DNA from: Scenedesmus sp. PABB004
Lineage: Eukaryota
NCBI GenBank assembly: GCA_014905635.1
Contig: JABVCE010000008.1
Span: 806,001-870,000 of the forward strand
Length of the DNA: 64,000 bases
Direction: 5' to 3'
The position numbers and the translations under genes are program-made. The notes beneath the pieces were generated by a model. That model was not told the DNA's origin and did not search any database. It saw only the letters and a program-made list of their open reading frames with translations. Positions 11,401 to 22,854 of this stretch are shown piece by piece; the stretch's first letter is position 1, and every line of letters begins with the position of its first letter.

Positions 11401-12922
11401 CTCAAAAACCAGTTCCACCCCGTCTGGGCGTTTGGCACCAAGTCGGGTGCAGCGGCGGGCCCGCGGCGCAAGGGCGCCAGCGCCGGCAGCCGCGCGCCGC
11501 GCGCCGCGCCAGCCGCCGCGCGCGTTGCGCTGAGCTCGACCCGCGCCTCGCACGCTGCGCGGCGCGCGCGCAGCCGTGACGGCGCTCGACTGGTCGCGCC
11601 GCAGCCCCGCCATCCTCGGCGTGGGCCTCCACGACGGCACGGTCGCCATCTACGACGCCGCCTCGCGCGCGCCCGAGCCGCTGCTGGCCAGCAGCGCGGC
11701 GGGCGGCAAGCACAGCGACCCCGTGTGGCGGGTGCGCGCGCGGCACGTGGCGCGGCGCGCGCGCGGCCGCAGCCCCCGGCCGCCCGAGCCGCGGCTGCCG
11801 CCGCCGCCACCGCCAGGTGCGCTGGCTCGACCGCGGCCCCGAGCGCGAGGAGCTGCTGGTCTCCATCTCCACCGACGGCTGCGTCAAGGCGTGGACCATC
11901 GCCAAGGGCCTGGACCACGCGACCATCATGACGCTCAAACGCCTCCCACGCCGCACGCCCAGCGCGAGCGCGGCGCCGCGCGCCGCTGGCGCCGCCGCGG
12001 TTGTGGCGGCGCCGCGCCCGGGCAGCGGCGGCGGCGGCAGCGGCAGCAGCGCCGGCGGCGCGCTGCCGGCGGGGTCGGGCGCGCGCGCGGCGGCCACGGT
12101 GGGCGCGCTGCGCAGCGGCGCCGGCGGCGAGCGCGACGCGCTGATCAGCCGCACGACCGGCGGCATGGCGCTCGACTTCAGCGCCGCCGACCCGCGCATC
12201 TACCTCGCGGGTGTGTGTCGCACGCGCGACTTGATTGCGTGCGCGTGTGTGCCTGCACGCGCGCGCCGGGGCCCACGGGCGGGTGGCTGACCGCCGCGCC
12301 GCGCCGCGCCGCGCGCGCCCTGTGGACCCCCCCTGCGGGTCCGTCACAGGCACGGAGGACGGCCACATCCACAAGTGCTCCACCAGCTACAGCGAGGCGT
12401 ACCTGGAGACGTACGCGGGGCACATCGGCCCCGTCTACGCGCTCGCGTGGTGCCCGACCACGCCCGGCCGCTTCCTCTCCGCGAGCGGCGACTGGACGGT
12501 CCGCCTCTGGCAGGAGGGCCGGCCCGCGCCGCTGCTGACCTTCCAGAGCGGCAGCGAGGAGGTGCTGGACGCGGCGTGGTGCCCCGGCGCCCCGGGGGGC
12601 ACGGCGTTTGGCGCCGTCACCGGCGGCGGCCGGCTGGAGCTGTGGGACTACGCCGCGAGCACACTGCGCCCCGTCGCGCAGCACGTGGCGCCCAAGTGCG
12701 CCCTCACCGCGCTGCTGTTCGCCCCGGTGCGCGCGCGCCGGGCTGGGGCGGGGCGAGTGGGGCGCGGCCGGCGGGGTGCGCGCGCGCCGGCGCTCGCGCC
12801 CGCCGCCCACCGGTCGACCGGCGCGCCTCGCGCAGGACGCGCCGGTCGTGGTCGCGGCGAGCGACGCGGGCGGCGTGCTGGTCTTCCGCCTGCACAACGT
12901 GGCGGGTGGGGGCGTGGGCTGA
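8407..12922 (+). CDS. DNAI4: Axonemal inner-arm dynein I1/f intermediate chain IC138 (WDR78/DNAI4 orthologue), multi-exon WD40
   Basis: Segments LIDEAGVNRTPKPL, LLWTWSC..AVTSLAWN, VAVWSLKN, KHSDPVWRVRW, LLVSISTDG and ALISRTTGGMALDF..RIYLAGTEDGHIHKCSTSYSEAYLETYAGH match WDR78/IC138. Confidence 0.85.
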
Positions 12923-13496
12923 GCCGCGGCCGGCGCGCGCGGCTGACCGCGCGCGGGCGCGTGCTGGGCCGGCGGCGCTGGGCCACCGGGGCACGGCGGC
13001 GGGGTCTGTTGTTGTGCGGGACACGAGGCCTGGCACTGAACGCCCGGCAGCGAGGCCGCCACCGCTGCCGTCGGCTGCCCCGTGCCGCCGCCGCCGCCGC
13101 CGCCGGTGCCGCCGTCCGCCGCCTGCGCTGCCGCCGCCGCTGCGCCGAGACCAGTCGGATGCTGCTCTCAACGACAGCAGCGGCAGGGGCGATCGGCGGA
13201 GGGCCGTGTTAGTCTGCACAGACTGGTCGGGGTCTCTCGGTCTCCCGGGCCCAGCGTGCCCCGCCGCGCAGCTCCGCGCGACGCCCAAGCTCGTCCAGAC
13301 TCGCCGCCGCACCGTCAGGCGCTCTCGTGGCGCCCCCGCCGGGCAACCGCCACTTGTCAAACGCAGTTTTTCCTGCGCACACGGGCCTCGCCGAAGCGTT
13401 CCCCGCCGCTCCGGAGCTTCCCCCGCTCGCGTTCGCGTCAAGCGCAGCGTGCCGCAGCCTCTCGGCCTCCAGCGGCGCGAGGGCAGCACCACCAAG

Positions 13497-14301
13497 ATGC
13501 CGGCGCTCCCAGGCCTGGCAGCGCAGGTGCGGCGCCCGCCCGGCTCGGCGGCGTCCGCCCCGAGGCGCGGCCGGGGCCCCGCCGTCCGCCCACGCCGCCC
13601 GCGCCGCCGCCGCCGCCGCCGGGCCGCGCGCCGCGCAGGCGCGCGCCAGCAGCGCTGCTCGCGCCGGCGGCGCGCCCGCGGCGGCGGCGCGGCCCGCGGC
13701 CGCCGCCGGCTGCCGCCGCCTCACGCCGGCGGCGGCGGGCAAGCAGTCGGCCGTGAGCAGCGAGCCGCGCGCGGCGCGGCGCGGCAGCCCGGAGCTCGCG
13801 GAGATGCCGGCGCGCAACACGACCGCGATCGGCAGCACCATCAAGTACCGCATCCGCCCCGCGCCGCGCCCCGTCGCGCCGGGCGCGCCCGACGCCGCGG
13901 TCGCGGACTTTATGACCAAGCTCAAGCTGGCGTGGAACATCTTCTTCCCCGACGCGCCGGCGGTCGTGCGGCCCAAGGAGGAGGCGAAGCAGCGGCTGCG
14001 CATGATCCTCGTCGCCGACCGGTGCGGCATGTCGCCCGCGGGGCTGACCGAGATGAAGCGCAACATCCTCAAGTCGATCGGCGACTTTGTCGACATCGAC
14101 TCAGAGGAGCAGATTGACGTGAGCATCACGTCCGACCCCGACGTCGGCACCGTCTACTCGGTCGCGGTGCCCATCCGCCGCGTCAAGCCCGAGGCGCGGC
14201 TCGCGCTCAACGCGGACGGCGACATCGAGGACCTCACGTTTGAGTACAACCCGGAGGACGTCGACAGCGACCCCTCCGCGCGCTTCCCGTACGGCACGTG
14301 A
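13497..14301 (+). CDS. MINE1: Plastid division site determinant MinE (transit peptide, 1 intron)
   Basis: KLKLAWNIFFP...AKQRLRMILVADRC...DFVDIDSEEQIDVSITSDPDVGTVYSVAVPIRRVKPE is the plant/algal MinE signature. Confidence 0.93.
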
Positions 14302-15065
14302 GCCCGCCCGCGCGCGGCGCGGCGCGGCGAACGGCGGCCGCGCGTCGCCGGGGGGAGGGGTGCCTGTACAACACCCGCCGTGCGCGCGCGGCGCACGCGG
14401 CGCGGCGGCGGGGCTCCGCGCGGCCCTGAGCCCGGGCAGCGGGCCGCCCCGCCGCCGCGGGCGAGGTCGGGGGGCGCGCTAGTCTGTCTCGGGGCAGCAC
14501 CGCCGCGCGCGCGGCGCACCCGCCCCGCGCGGCGCTCGTGCCACGGGCGCCGCCTGAGCGTGCCGCCAGGCGGCGCATTGATTCCAGCGCGGCGCGCTCG
14601 TGTGGGCTGGCGCGCGCGCGCCAGCAGCCCGGCAGCGGCGGCCGGGCGGGCCCGCGAACCCGCCCTCTCTGACTCACTGATTCACCACACGACTGGGGGC
14701 GCACTTGCTGACGTGACCGGTTGGGGCGATGACAGCGTGCGCGGGGTAAGCACTAACAACCGCCGCCGGGGGGCTGGGCTGAACCCGGGCAGGCTGCGTG
14801 CCCGCCGCCCCGGCCCGTCACCGCAAAAGAGCTGCCCTGCCGCAAACGGGCAGCGCGCTCACCGCTCTCGGCCTGAGCGCCCGGCACTGCTGCGTCCGGC
14901 GCCTCACATCTGTGTGCCCCTCCCACACCTGGCCAGCGTCGCCAGTGCCCGCGAGGTGCCAGAGCGGTCACGGCGCGTCAGTGAGTGCGTCACGCGCCTG
15001 GACGCACCTCTCGCGCGCGGTGTCACCAGCAGCGGCGGCAGCAGCAGGAGCAGCGGCACCCTGCG

Positions 15066-16570
15066 ATGGGCACCGAGGCGGCGCCGCCGGTCAAGGTGTT
15101 CGTGTCCGGATGCTACGACGTGCTGCACGGCGGCCACGTGGAGTTCTTCCGCCAGGCCCGGGCGCTCGGCGACCACCTGACCGTCTCGTTCGCGTCCGAC
15201 GCGGTGCGGCGGCCGGCGCCCCCAGCGCGGGTGGCGTGCCGCGCCGCGCGCCGCACAGGGCCAGGCCACGACGCCGGCGCCGGCGCGCGACCGCCGGCGC
15301 GCAGGTGCTCGCGGCGCACAAGGGCGGCCGGCGCAGCAGCATCCCGCAGGCGCACAAGGCGTCGCTCATCGGCGCGCTGCGCATGGTGGACGCGGTGGTC
15401 ATCGGCGACGGCGCCACGCCGGGGCTGGACTTCCAGGACCACTTCCTCCGCATCCGCCCGCAGCTGCTGGTGGTCACCGAGGCGCGGCGCGGGGGCCCGG
15501 GGCGGGGGCAGCGCGCAGCGCGGGGCGGGGCGGGGCGGGGGCGGCGCCGCGCGGGGCGAGAGGGGGGCGGCGCCGCGCCGGGCGCGGGGAGCGCTGCGTG
15601 CGACGACGCGCGCCCAGCGTGACGCCCGCCGCCGCCGCGCGCAGGACGACAAGTATGGCGACGCGAAGCGGGCGCTCTGCGCGCAGGTCGGCGCGCGGTA
15701 CGTGGTGCTGCCCAAGGACCTCGACTACGTGCCCACGAGCACGACGCAGATCCTGGCCAACATCCGCGCGCCGACGCGGTGCCCGCTGCGCGTCGACTTT
15801 GGGGGCGGCTGGCTCGACGTCCCCCGCCACGCGCGGCCGGGCGGCTTTGTCGTGAACTGCACCTTCTCGCCGCTCGTGTCGCTGTCGGACTGGCCGTTCC
15901 ACGTCGGCGGCGGCCTCGGCGGCTCGGCGGCGCACGCGCTTCTCACCGGGCGCGACAGCCTCGCGTCGGAGCTCGAGCTCGGCGTGGGCTGGCAGGACCC
16001 CGCAGTGATCCAGGAGACGGGGCTCTGCGTGTGGCGCAGCGGGCCGCGGCCGGCGCTCGAGTTCAAGACCAGCGGCGACTGGCTGCGCGGACGCATGGCC
16101 CTGCTCTGGTGCGGCGCCGCGCGCGCTGCCACGCCGGCCGCACGCGCGAGGCTGCGGCCGCCGCGCGCCGCGCGCCGCGCGCCGCCGACCCGCCGCGCGC
16201 GGCCGCCGGCGCCGCGCGCCCTGCTCGCAGGACCGGCGCGGCGCACGACACGCCCTCGCACGCCGACCGGGACCGCGACTACGCCGCCATCGAGGCGGCG
16301 GGCCGGCTCGCGCGCGACGCGGTCGCGCCGGGCGTGGAGAGCCTCGCGGGCCTCGCCGCCGCGGTCGCCGCGTCGCACGCGGCGCAGCGGGCCGAGGGCA
16401 TGGCAGAGCTGCCGTTGCACGGCGAGGCGGCGAAGAAGTACTGCGGCGGAGGGCACGGCGGCTACGCTCTCTACCTGTTTGACTGTGCGGACGCGCGCGC
16501 GGCCTTCCTGGAGCTGCCAGGCACGGTCGCGATCGAGCCGTACGTGGCGACGCGCTGCGCAGCATGCTGA
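15066..16570 (+). CDS. Cytidylyltransferase-like (HxGH) domain fused to a GHMP-kinase-like domain, 4 exons
   Basis: The N-terminal part has [18 protein letters not shown] and TSTTQIL (CTP_transf_like). The C-terminal part has [26 protein letters not shown] and [10 protein letters not shown] (GHMP sugar-kinase motifs). Confidence 0.85.
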
Positions 16571-16624
16571 CACGGCGGACCCGGGTGCCCGGCGGTTGCT
16601 GTTCAAAGCTCCCCCCGCCTCCCG

Positions 16625-18336
16625 CTACGCCCGCTTCGCCCGGACCCGCGCGCGCAGCAGCTCGCCGTCGGCCGGCTGCGGCGGCGCCGCCGGATCCGTC
16701 GCAGCCGCCCCGGCGCCGCCGCCCTCGCTGCTGCCGCGCCGCCGGCCGCCGCCGGCGAGCACCGTGGCGCCGCCAGCGAGCAGCAGGACCAGGACGAGCG
16801 CGGGCGCGCGCCAGTCGAGGCCGCCGGCGGCCAGGCGTGGCGGCGGCGCCGCCGGCGAGTCGCAGTCGCGCTGCACCAGGGGCGGCGCCTGCACCGCGAC
16901 GTCCGCGCCGCGCACCACCACCTCCACGCCGTCGTCCGGCGCCCAGCACCAGCCCGGCCGCGCGGCAGCGAGGCGGTACGTCCCTGCGGGCACGCGCGAC
17001 AGCGCAAACGCCACGGTGCCGCCTGCGGGGGGCGGGCGCGGGGTTTGCGGGCGGCAAACGGCGGCGCTGGGCGTGGCACGCCCGAGCCGCGCGGTGGCCC
17101 CGGGCGCGCGTGCCCCCCCCCCCCCAAAGAAGACAGCAGCCCGCACACCGGTCGCCTGGCGGTCCCGCAGCGCGACGTCGCCCAGGCGCGCGCCCGCCGC
17201 GAGCGCGCCGCCGGGGCGCCGCAGCTCCAGCGCGACGTCGCCGGGGCACGGCCCCCCGAGGCACACGACCGCGCCCGACAGCGCCGCCAGGCCGTGCGTG
17301 AAGGCCGTGCCGAGCAGCACCGGCTCGCCGCGCACCTCGACGTCGAGATGCGGCGGCGTGAACGCCAGGCCCGCCGCCGCCTCGGCAGGCGAGAGCACGG
17401 GCGCGAGCCTGTGTGGCCCGGGCGGGGCCATGAAGCAAAACGCGCCCGCCGCGTCGGTGCGCGCCTCCTGCTGCTCCCCGCCCGCGCCGGTGAGCGTGAC
17501 GGCGCGCCCCGCGGCGCCGAGCCGCGCGGCGTCGCCCGACGCGACCGCGCCGCAGAGCGCGACCGCGGTGGCGACGATGTCGGGCAGCTCGGCGTCGCCC
17601 GGCGCGGGCCGCGCGCCGGTCAGCCAAGTGAAGGCGTAGTGCCGGCGCGCCGCGGTGACGTCGACCGGCCCGTCCGGCACGCGCGGCAGCACGTACCTGC
17701 GGCGCGCGCGGGGGCCTGTGTGCGCGGGCCGCGGCGCGCGCGCCTGTCCTCGCGCGCGTGCAGCCCTGCTGCTGCGCAGCGTGTGGTGCGGCGCGGCGCG
17801 GCGCGCGCGCACCGGCCGTTGAGGTCGGTCGCAGCCACCTCCTCGCCCGCGAGGCTGATGGCCACGCCCCCGACGCCCGCCCCCTCGGCGTCCACAACGC
17901 GGCCCGCCACGCTGAAGCCGGTCACCACAAACGGCCGCGGCGCGGCGGCGGCGCCGCTGGCGCCCACGGTGACCGCGACGCTCGCCGGCTCGACCGCGCA
18001 GCCGTCGCGCGCGGCCTGCAGGGTAAACTCGCCGGACGGCACTCCCGGGAGCTCCCACCGCCCGTCGGCGCCGGTCGTCGCGGTGCAGAGGGCGGTGGTG
18101 GTCATGGCGGCCTCCAGGGACAGCGCCGCGACGCTGCCGGGCGGGTGGCTCGCGCTGCAGCCGGCGGCGGCGTGCTCGGTCGAGAGCAGCGTGACCGCCA
18201 CGTCGGCCACGGGGCCGCCCGCGCCGTCCACCACGTGGCCGCTGAGCGTGGAGGCTGCTGCGGCTGCTGCTGGCGCTGCGCAGCAGGCCAGGCAGATGGC
18301 CCACGCCGCGAGCGGCGGTTGGCGGCGGCGCGCCAT
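16625..18336 (-). CDS. Nodal modulator (NOMO)-like type I membrane protein, shortened
   Basis: Signal peptide, repeated prealbumin-like beta-sandwich motifs ([46 protein letters not shown]) and a C-terminal TM segment, [15 protein letters not shown]. Confidence 0.75.
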
Positions 18337-18697
18337 CGCGCGCGGGCAGCGGCGCAGTGCGCGCCGTGCCGGGAGTGAAGCAGGACGGCGGCTGTGGCAG
18401 GGCGATGGCGGGGGCGTGCTGTGGGGCGCCGGCGGAGTCGCGGCGGCAGCTCCGGCGGCGCAGCAGCACGAAACCGCTGCCGTCGACGCACCGGGAACAA
18501 ACTGCGCGGGCTCGGCTGCGGGCGCCAGAGCGCCCGCCACCTGAGTGAAGTCGACCCTTCACGTCGTGCACGGGTGCTGCGGCGCCAACCAGAGGAGGCA
18601 GCCCGCGGCCGAGCTCGGCCGCCGCCACCCGCGTCGTCGACACCACCAACCAGCCCACAGCCACAGCCGCGGCGGCCCTTGGCGCGGCCAGGGCGAC

Positions 18698-19783
18698 ATG
18701 GCGTCGCTGCTGGGCCAGCGCGGCGCGAGCGGCCCGCGCGCACTGCCGGCGCGGGAGAGCGCGCGCCCCGGGCCGACGAGGAGCCTGGCGATGCCCTGCG
18801 GCTGCCCTGCGCGACAGGTGAGTCGGTGTGGCCATGCACGGCCGCGCGTGGCGGCCAACCGGGTGTCCCACGAGCGGCAGCGAGCGATGCCAGGCTGCGG
18901 GCGCGCCTGCCGCCCCGCCCTCGGCCCCGCCGGCCCGCCGGCGCGCTCTGGCTTGGGCCGTGGCGGTCGCGGTCCAAACCCTGAGGCGCACGCACACACA
19001 CGCGCGGCCGCGACACGCAGCCCCGCCGCCGCCGCCACGCGCAGGCACCGCCGCAGCGGCGGTCCCTGACCATCGTGGCCGGAGAGCGGCAGTCCAGCAA
19101 CACCTCCACCAAGCGCCGGCTCGGCGGAGGCACCGGCCTGCCGCCAATCGACGGCGGGGTGAGCCGCGCGACCGCCGCGCTGCGCTCCGCCCGCGTGCCC
19201 GCCGCCGTGCGCGCCGCCCGCGCGCCCGCCGCGCTGCGCTCCGCCCGCGCGCCCTCCTCCGCGCGCCCTCCTCCGCGCCCCCGTGCGCCCCCAACCCCCA
19301 CCGCGCCGCGCGCGCAGGACGACGGCGGCGGCGGCGGCGGCGACGGCTGGGGCTGGGAGCGCACCGCGCGCAACGTGCTGCCAAACCTGGCCTTCATCTC
19401 GCTCTACTTTGCGATCACGTCCTGGGGCGGCGACGGCTGGGGCGGCGGCTTCTTCGGTGAGGGCGGCGCGCCGCGGCGGGACGTGGGGGACGTGGGCCGC
19501 GGCGCAGCGCGGCGGCCGGCGGGGCCCGACCCGTGCGCCCGCCGCACGCGCAGGCGGCGGCGGCGGCGGCGGAGGCGGCGGAGGCGGCGGCGACGGCCAC
19601 GGCGGCGGCGGCGGCGGCGGGGATGTCGGCCGCGACGGCGGCTCCAGCCTGCGCGACGACGCCAACCGCGAGCGCGCGGCCGGCGACGGCAGCAGCGAGG
19701 AGGAGGGCGAGAGCGAAGAGAGCGAGGCGGCGCCGGTCTACCACAGCAGCCCCGGCTACAACAGGCGCGACAGCTACCGCTGA
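18698..19783 (+). CDS. Hypothetical glycine-rich single-TM protein with a putative plastid transit peptide, 4 exons
   Basis: ATG at 18698 and GTGAG donors. Exons join to ...TIVAGERQSS..., DDGGGGGGDGWGWERTARNVLPNLAFISLYFAITSWGG..., and end YNRRDSYR*. Confidence 0.6.
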
Positions 19784-20167
19784 GCTCGGGCGCGCCGCGC
19801 CGCGGGGGGGCAGCAGGCGCTGCCGCTGGCGCTGCGCCGCTTGTGTCGGTCCCATTGGCCGGCGCGCATCTTGGTCGCACCGCCTTTTCCATTCTCATGC
19901 TTTCCGGGGTGCACCGCATTCGTCGTGCGCAGCGAGGTTCCATTGACCGCACAGCGCCGGGGCCTCTGCACGCGCATTGCGGCAGCAGCTTTGTAATGAA
20001 CACTTGCGCGTGACGCCGCCGAGTGACGCGGTTCAGCGTTCAATGCGCAGGGCTCCTATCCAGGCGCTCTCCCCTCTCCCCGACGCTCTCCACACACTCT
20101 GCCAGCTGAGAGCCGCAGCGCCGCAGCGCCGGCCGTCCGCTGCGCCAGGCGGGGCGCGCAGCAGCAG

Positions 20168-21880
20168 ATGCGCGCCACCGCCGCCGCCGCCGCGCGCCGC
20201 TGGCCCGCCGCCCGGGCGGCGCGCCTCGTCGCCATGGCTTTTCACTCGCCCGCGCGCCCGGTGGTCGAGCTGGAGCGGTCGCAGCTGCTCCCTGAGCACA
20301 GCGGGAGGCCACTGCCGGCGCTGCTGCAGAAGCTCTGGCCCGGCCGGCTCGCCACGAGCAGCGCCGCGAAAAAGGCGATACGGCGCAAGGAGGTCCTGCT
20401 CAACGGCGCCCCGGCGCGAACCGACGACGTCGCCGCGGCCGGCGACGTGCTGAGCCTACAAGCTCGAGTCGGCGCAGGGGCGCTCTGGCCGGGCGCCGCG
20501 GGCAAGCCCGGGCTGGCGGCGGCGGCCGAGGACGAGCATTTTGCCGCCGTCGTCAAGCCCCAGGGCCTCCCGACACAGGGCGGCGGCGACAGCCTGCAAG
20601 CGCGCGTCAAGTTCTGCCTGACGCCCTCGCCCCTCCCGGGCGCGCTCCACCGGCCCCACCACGTGAGCGCGGCCGCGGCTCGCGGCCGCCGCGCGGCCCG
20701 CGCAGCCCGGCGCCGAGCGCGCCGCCGCCGCGCACCGCAGGCGCACCGCCTCGACATCGGCACCGGCGGCCTCGTGCTCGTCGCAAAGACGCGCGCCGCC
20801 GCCGCCGCGCTGGCGGCCGACCTGGCGACGCACAACCTGCAGAAGCGGTGCGCGCCGCCGCCAGCCACGCGGCCGCGCGCACACAGCCGCCGCCCGCCCG
20901 TGCGGCGTGGCCGTCGGTGCCGCCGGGCCGAGCGGACGCGCCGCCCGCTGCGCTGCAGGTACCTGGCGCTCGTGATCGGCCGGCTGGAGGGCGCGGGGGT
21001 CGTGGACTTTGCGCTCCAGGGCAAGCCCGCGGTCAGCCTCTTTGCCGCGCACGGCAGCGTGCCGTCAGGTGCGCCGCCGGCGCCGGGGCGGGGGCGCCGA
21101 CGCGCGCGGCCCCGCGCGCGCCCTGACGCGCGCGGCGCACCGTCGCGCGCCGCCGCAGCCTCGTTCGGCTGGCTGACCTGGGTGTCGCTGTGGCCCAAGA
21201 CGGGGCGCACCCACCAGCTGCGCAAGCACCTCGCCTATCTGGGGCACCCCATCCTCGGCGATCTGCAATACCGTTGGCACCGCAAGGCAGACTGCGTGGC
21301 CACGCCCCTGCCCCTGCGCGACGTCGGCGCCGCGCTGCCACAGCCGGGCGGCGCGCAGGCGCAACAGGTGCAGGCGCAGCCGGTGCAGGCTCAGGCGGTG
21401 CAGCGGCAGGCGCAGCAGCAGGCAGCGCAGCTGGCAGCGCAGCTGGCGGCGCAGCAGGCGCAGGGACAGCCGCCAGCAGCGGACGCCCCGCAGCGTGCCG
21501 GCGCATCGGGCGCAGCGGGCGGCACCGCGCCAGGCGGCGACGCGCTCAGCGACGATGGCGGCGCAGCAGGCAGCGGCAGCGATGAGGCCGCCGGCGACGG
21601 CGGGGCCGTGCCCGGCCCCGGCTGCCGGCAGGCGCGGCAATCGCTGGCAAACGGCAGCAGCGTCGGCACGTGCCTGTGGGCGGTGCAGCTGCGCATGCTG
21701 CACCCCGCCAGCCGGCAGCTGCTGGACGTGGTGAGTGACGCCGAGACGATCGCGGCGTACGAGCGCGTGTGCGCGGCCGAGGCGCCCGGCGGGGGCGAGG
21801 GCGAGCTGCAGCTGGCGGCAGCGGTCGCTGCGGCGCGGGCGGCGGCCGCGGGGGAGTTTGCGCGGGGAGGCGGAGCGTGA
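20168..21880 (+). CDS. RluA/RluD-family RNA pseudouridine synthase with an S4-like domain (organelle-targeted), multi-exon
   Basis: Motifs VVKPQGLPTQ, the catalytic HRLD(IGTGG), and GRTHQLRKHLAYLGHPILGD..Y. Confidence 0.92.
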   Translation: MRATAAAAARRWPAARAARLVAMAFHSPARPVVELERSQLLPEHSGRPLPALLQKLWPGRLATSSAAKKAIRRKEVLLNGAPARTDDVAAAGDVLSLQARVGAGALWPGAAGKPGLAAAAEDEHFAAVVKPQGLPTQGGGDSLQARVKFCLTPSPLPGALHRPHHVSAAAARGRRAARAARRRARRRRAPQAHRLDIGTGGLVLVAKTRAAAAALAADLATHNLQKRCAPPPATRPRAHSRRPPVRRGRRCRRAERTRRPLRCRYLALVIGRLEGAGVVDFALQGKPAVSLFAAHGSVPSGAPPAPGRGRRRARPRARPDARGAPSRAAAASFGWLTWVSLWPKTGRTHQLRKHLAYLGHPILGDLQYRWHRKADCVATPLPLRDVGAALPQPGGAQAQQVQAQPVQAQAVQRQAQQQAAQLAAQLAAQQAQGQPPAADAPQRAGASGAAGGTAPGGDALSDDGGAAGSGSDEAAGDGGAVPGPGCRQARQSLANGSSVGTCLWAVQLRMLHPASRQLLDVVSDAETIAAYERVCAAEAPGGGEGELQLAAAVAAARAAAAGEFARGGGA

Positions 21881-21999
21881 CGGGGCGTTGCGGCCCTGTC
21901 ATTGCCGTCGCCGCGGTGCCGGGTCAATCAATCAATCGGCCGCGCAGCGCGATGCAGTCAACCCAGCCCCTCGCCCAGCCCTAGCGCCGGCGCCGGGGC

Positions 22000-22854
22000 T
22001 CAGCCCCTGCCCGCGGGCGCCGCCGGCGCGCCGGGCGCGCGGGCGTTGCCGTAGCTGGTCATCAGGTGCATGCTGGTGCCCGCGGGGCAGCTCGTGCGCC
22101 CGCTGATGTGGGTCTCGGGCTTGCGCGCTGCGCTCGGGTGCACCGTGAGGCTGTACACGCCCGCGTAGCTGCACTCGTAGCCGTGCACCAGGCGGCGCAG
22201 CGTCGCCTCGACGCCCGCGCGGTCGGTCGCGGACTTGAAGCTCTGCGGCAGCTCCTCGCCGCAGCACAGGATGCCCGCGCGCGCGACGCCGGGGCCCCAC
22301 GTGCGCAGCACGTCGCGCAGGTACGGGAGGCGCCCGCAGCCGTCCTTGCGCGACAGCGCGCAGCGGATCGTGACCACCTCCATCAGGCCGCCGCCGCCCG
22401 GCGCGGACGGGCGCGCCTTGAGCGCGTTGGCACGGTGCATCAGCACCGCCTTGACCGCGGCGGCCTGGTTGGTGTGGTGCGCCGCCTTGGGCGCGGCCTT
22501 GGCCTTGCCGCCGGCGGACCTGGGCGCGGCCTTGGCCTTGCCGCCGGCGGCCTTGGGCCCGTCGCGCATGGCGCCGGCGACCGTGTCGGAGAGGGCATTG
22601 AGCGCGAGCGTCACGCTGCGCACCGCGTCGGCGGGCAGCGCGTCGCGGCGCTTCTCCGCGGCCGCGCCGCCCTTGGTCCCCGGCCGCGCGGTGAGCGCCG
22701 CGACCGCAACGTCGGGCGACATCGCGGCGGGCCGCGTCACGGCGCTGCGCTCGTGCTTCGCAGGCGCAGACGGCGCCGCGGGCGCCGAGGGCGGCTTGAC
22801 GCCCGCCCGCGCCGCGGCGGCGGCCGTGTCTGCCCTGCGCCAGGCCCACAGCAT
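22000..22854 (-). CDS. Hypothetical protein (probably a terminal exon; start uncertain)
   Basis: A 284-aa frame with host-like codon usage, preceded by a cgcgcag acceptor. No family recognised. Confidence 0.45.
   Translation of the reverse strand: MLWAWRRADTAAAAARAGVKPPSAPAAPSAPAKHERSAVTRPAAMSPDVAVAALTARPGTKGGAAAEKRRDALPADAVRSVTLALNALSDTVAGAMRDGPKAAGGKAKAAPRSAGGKAKAAPKAAHHTNQAAAVKAVLMHRANALKARPSAPGGGGLMEVVTIRCALSRKDGCGRLPYLRDVLRTWGPGVARAGILCCGEELPQSFKSATDRAGVEATLRRLVHGYECSYAGVYSLTVHPSAARKPETHISGRTSCPAGTSMHLMTSYGNARAPGAPAAPAGRG

Noticed and set aside
14720..14790. Possible box C/D snoRNA (CGATGA...CTGA) between MinE and the cytidylyltransferase gene
   Set aside because: The C box is imperfect, the terminal stem is weak, and there is no recognisable rRNA-antisense element.
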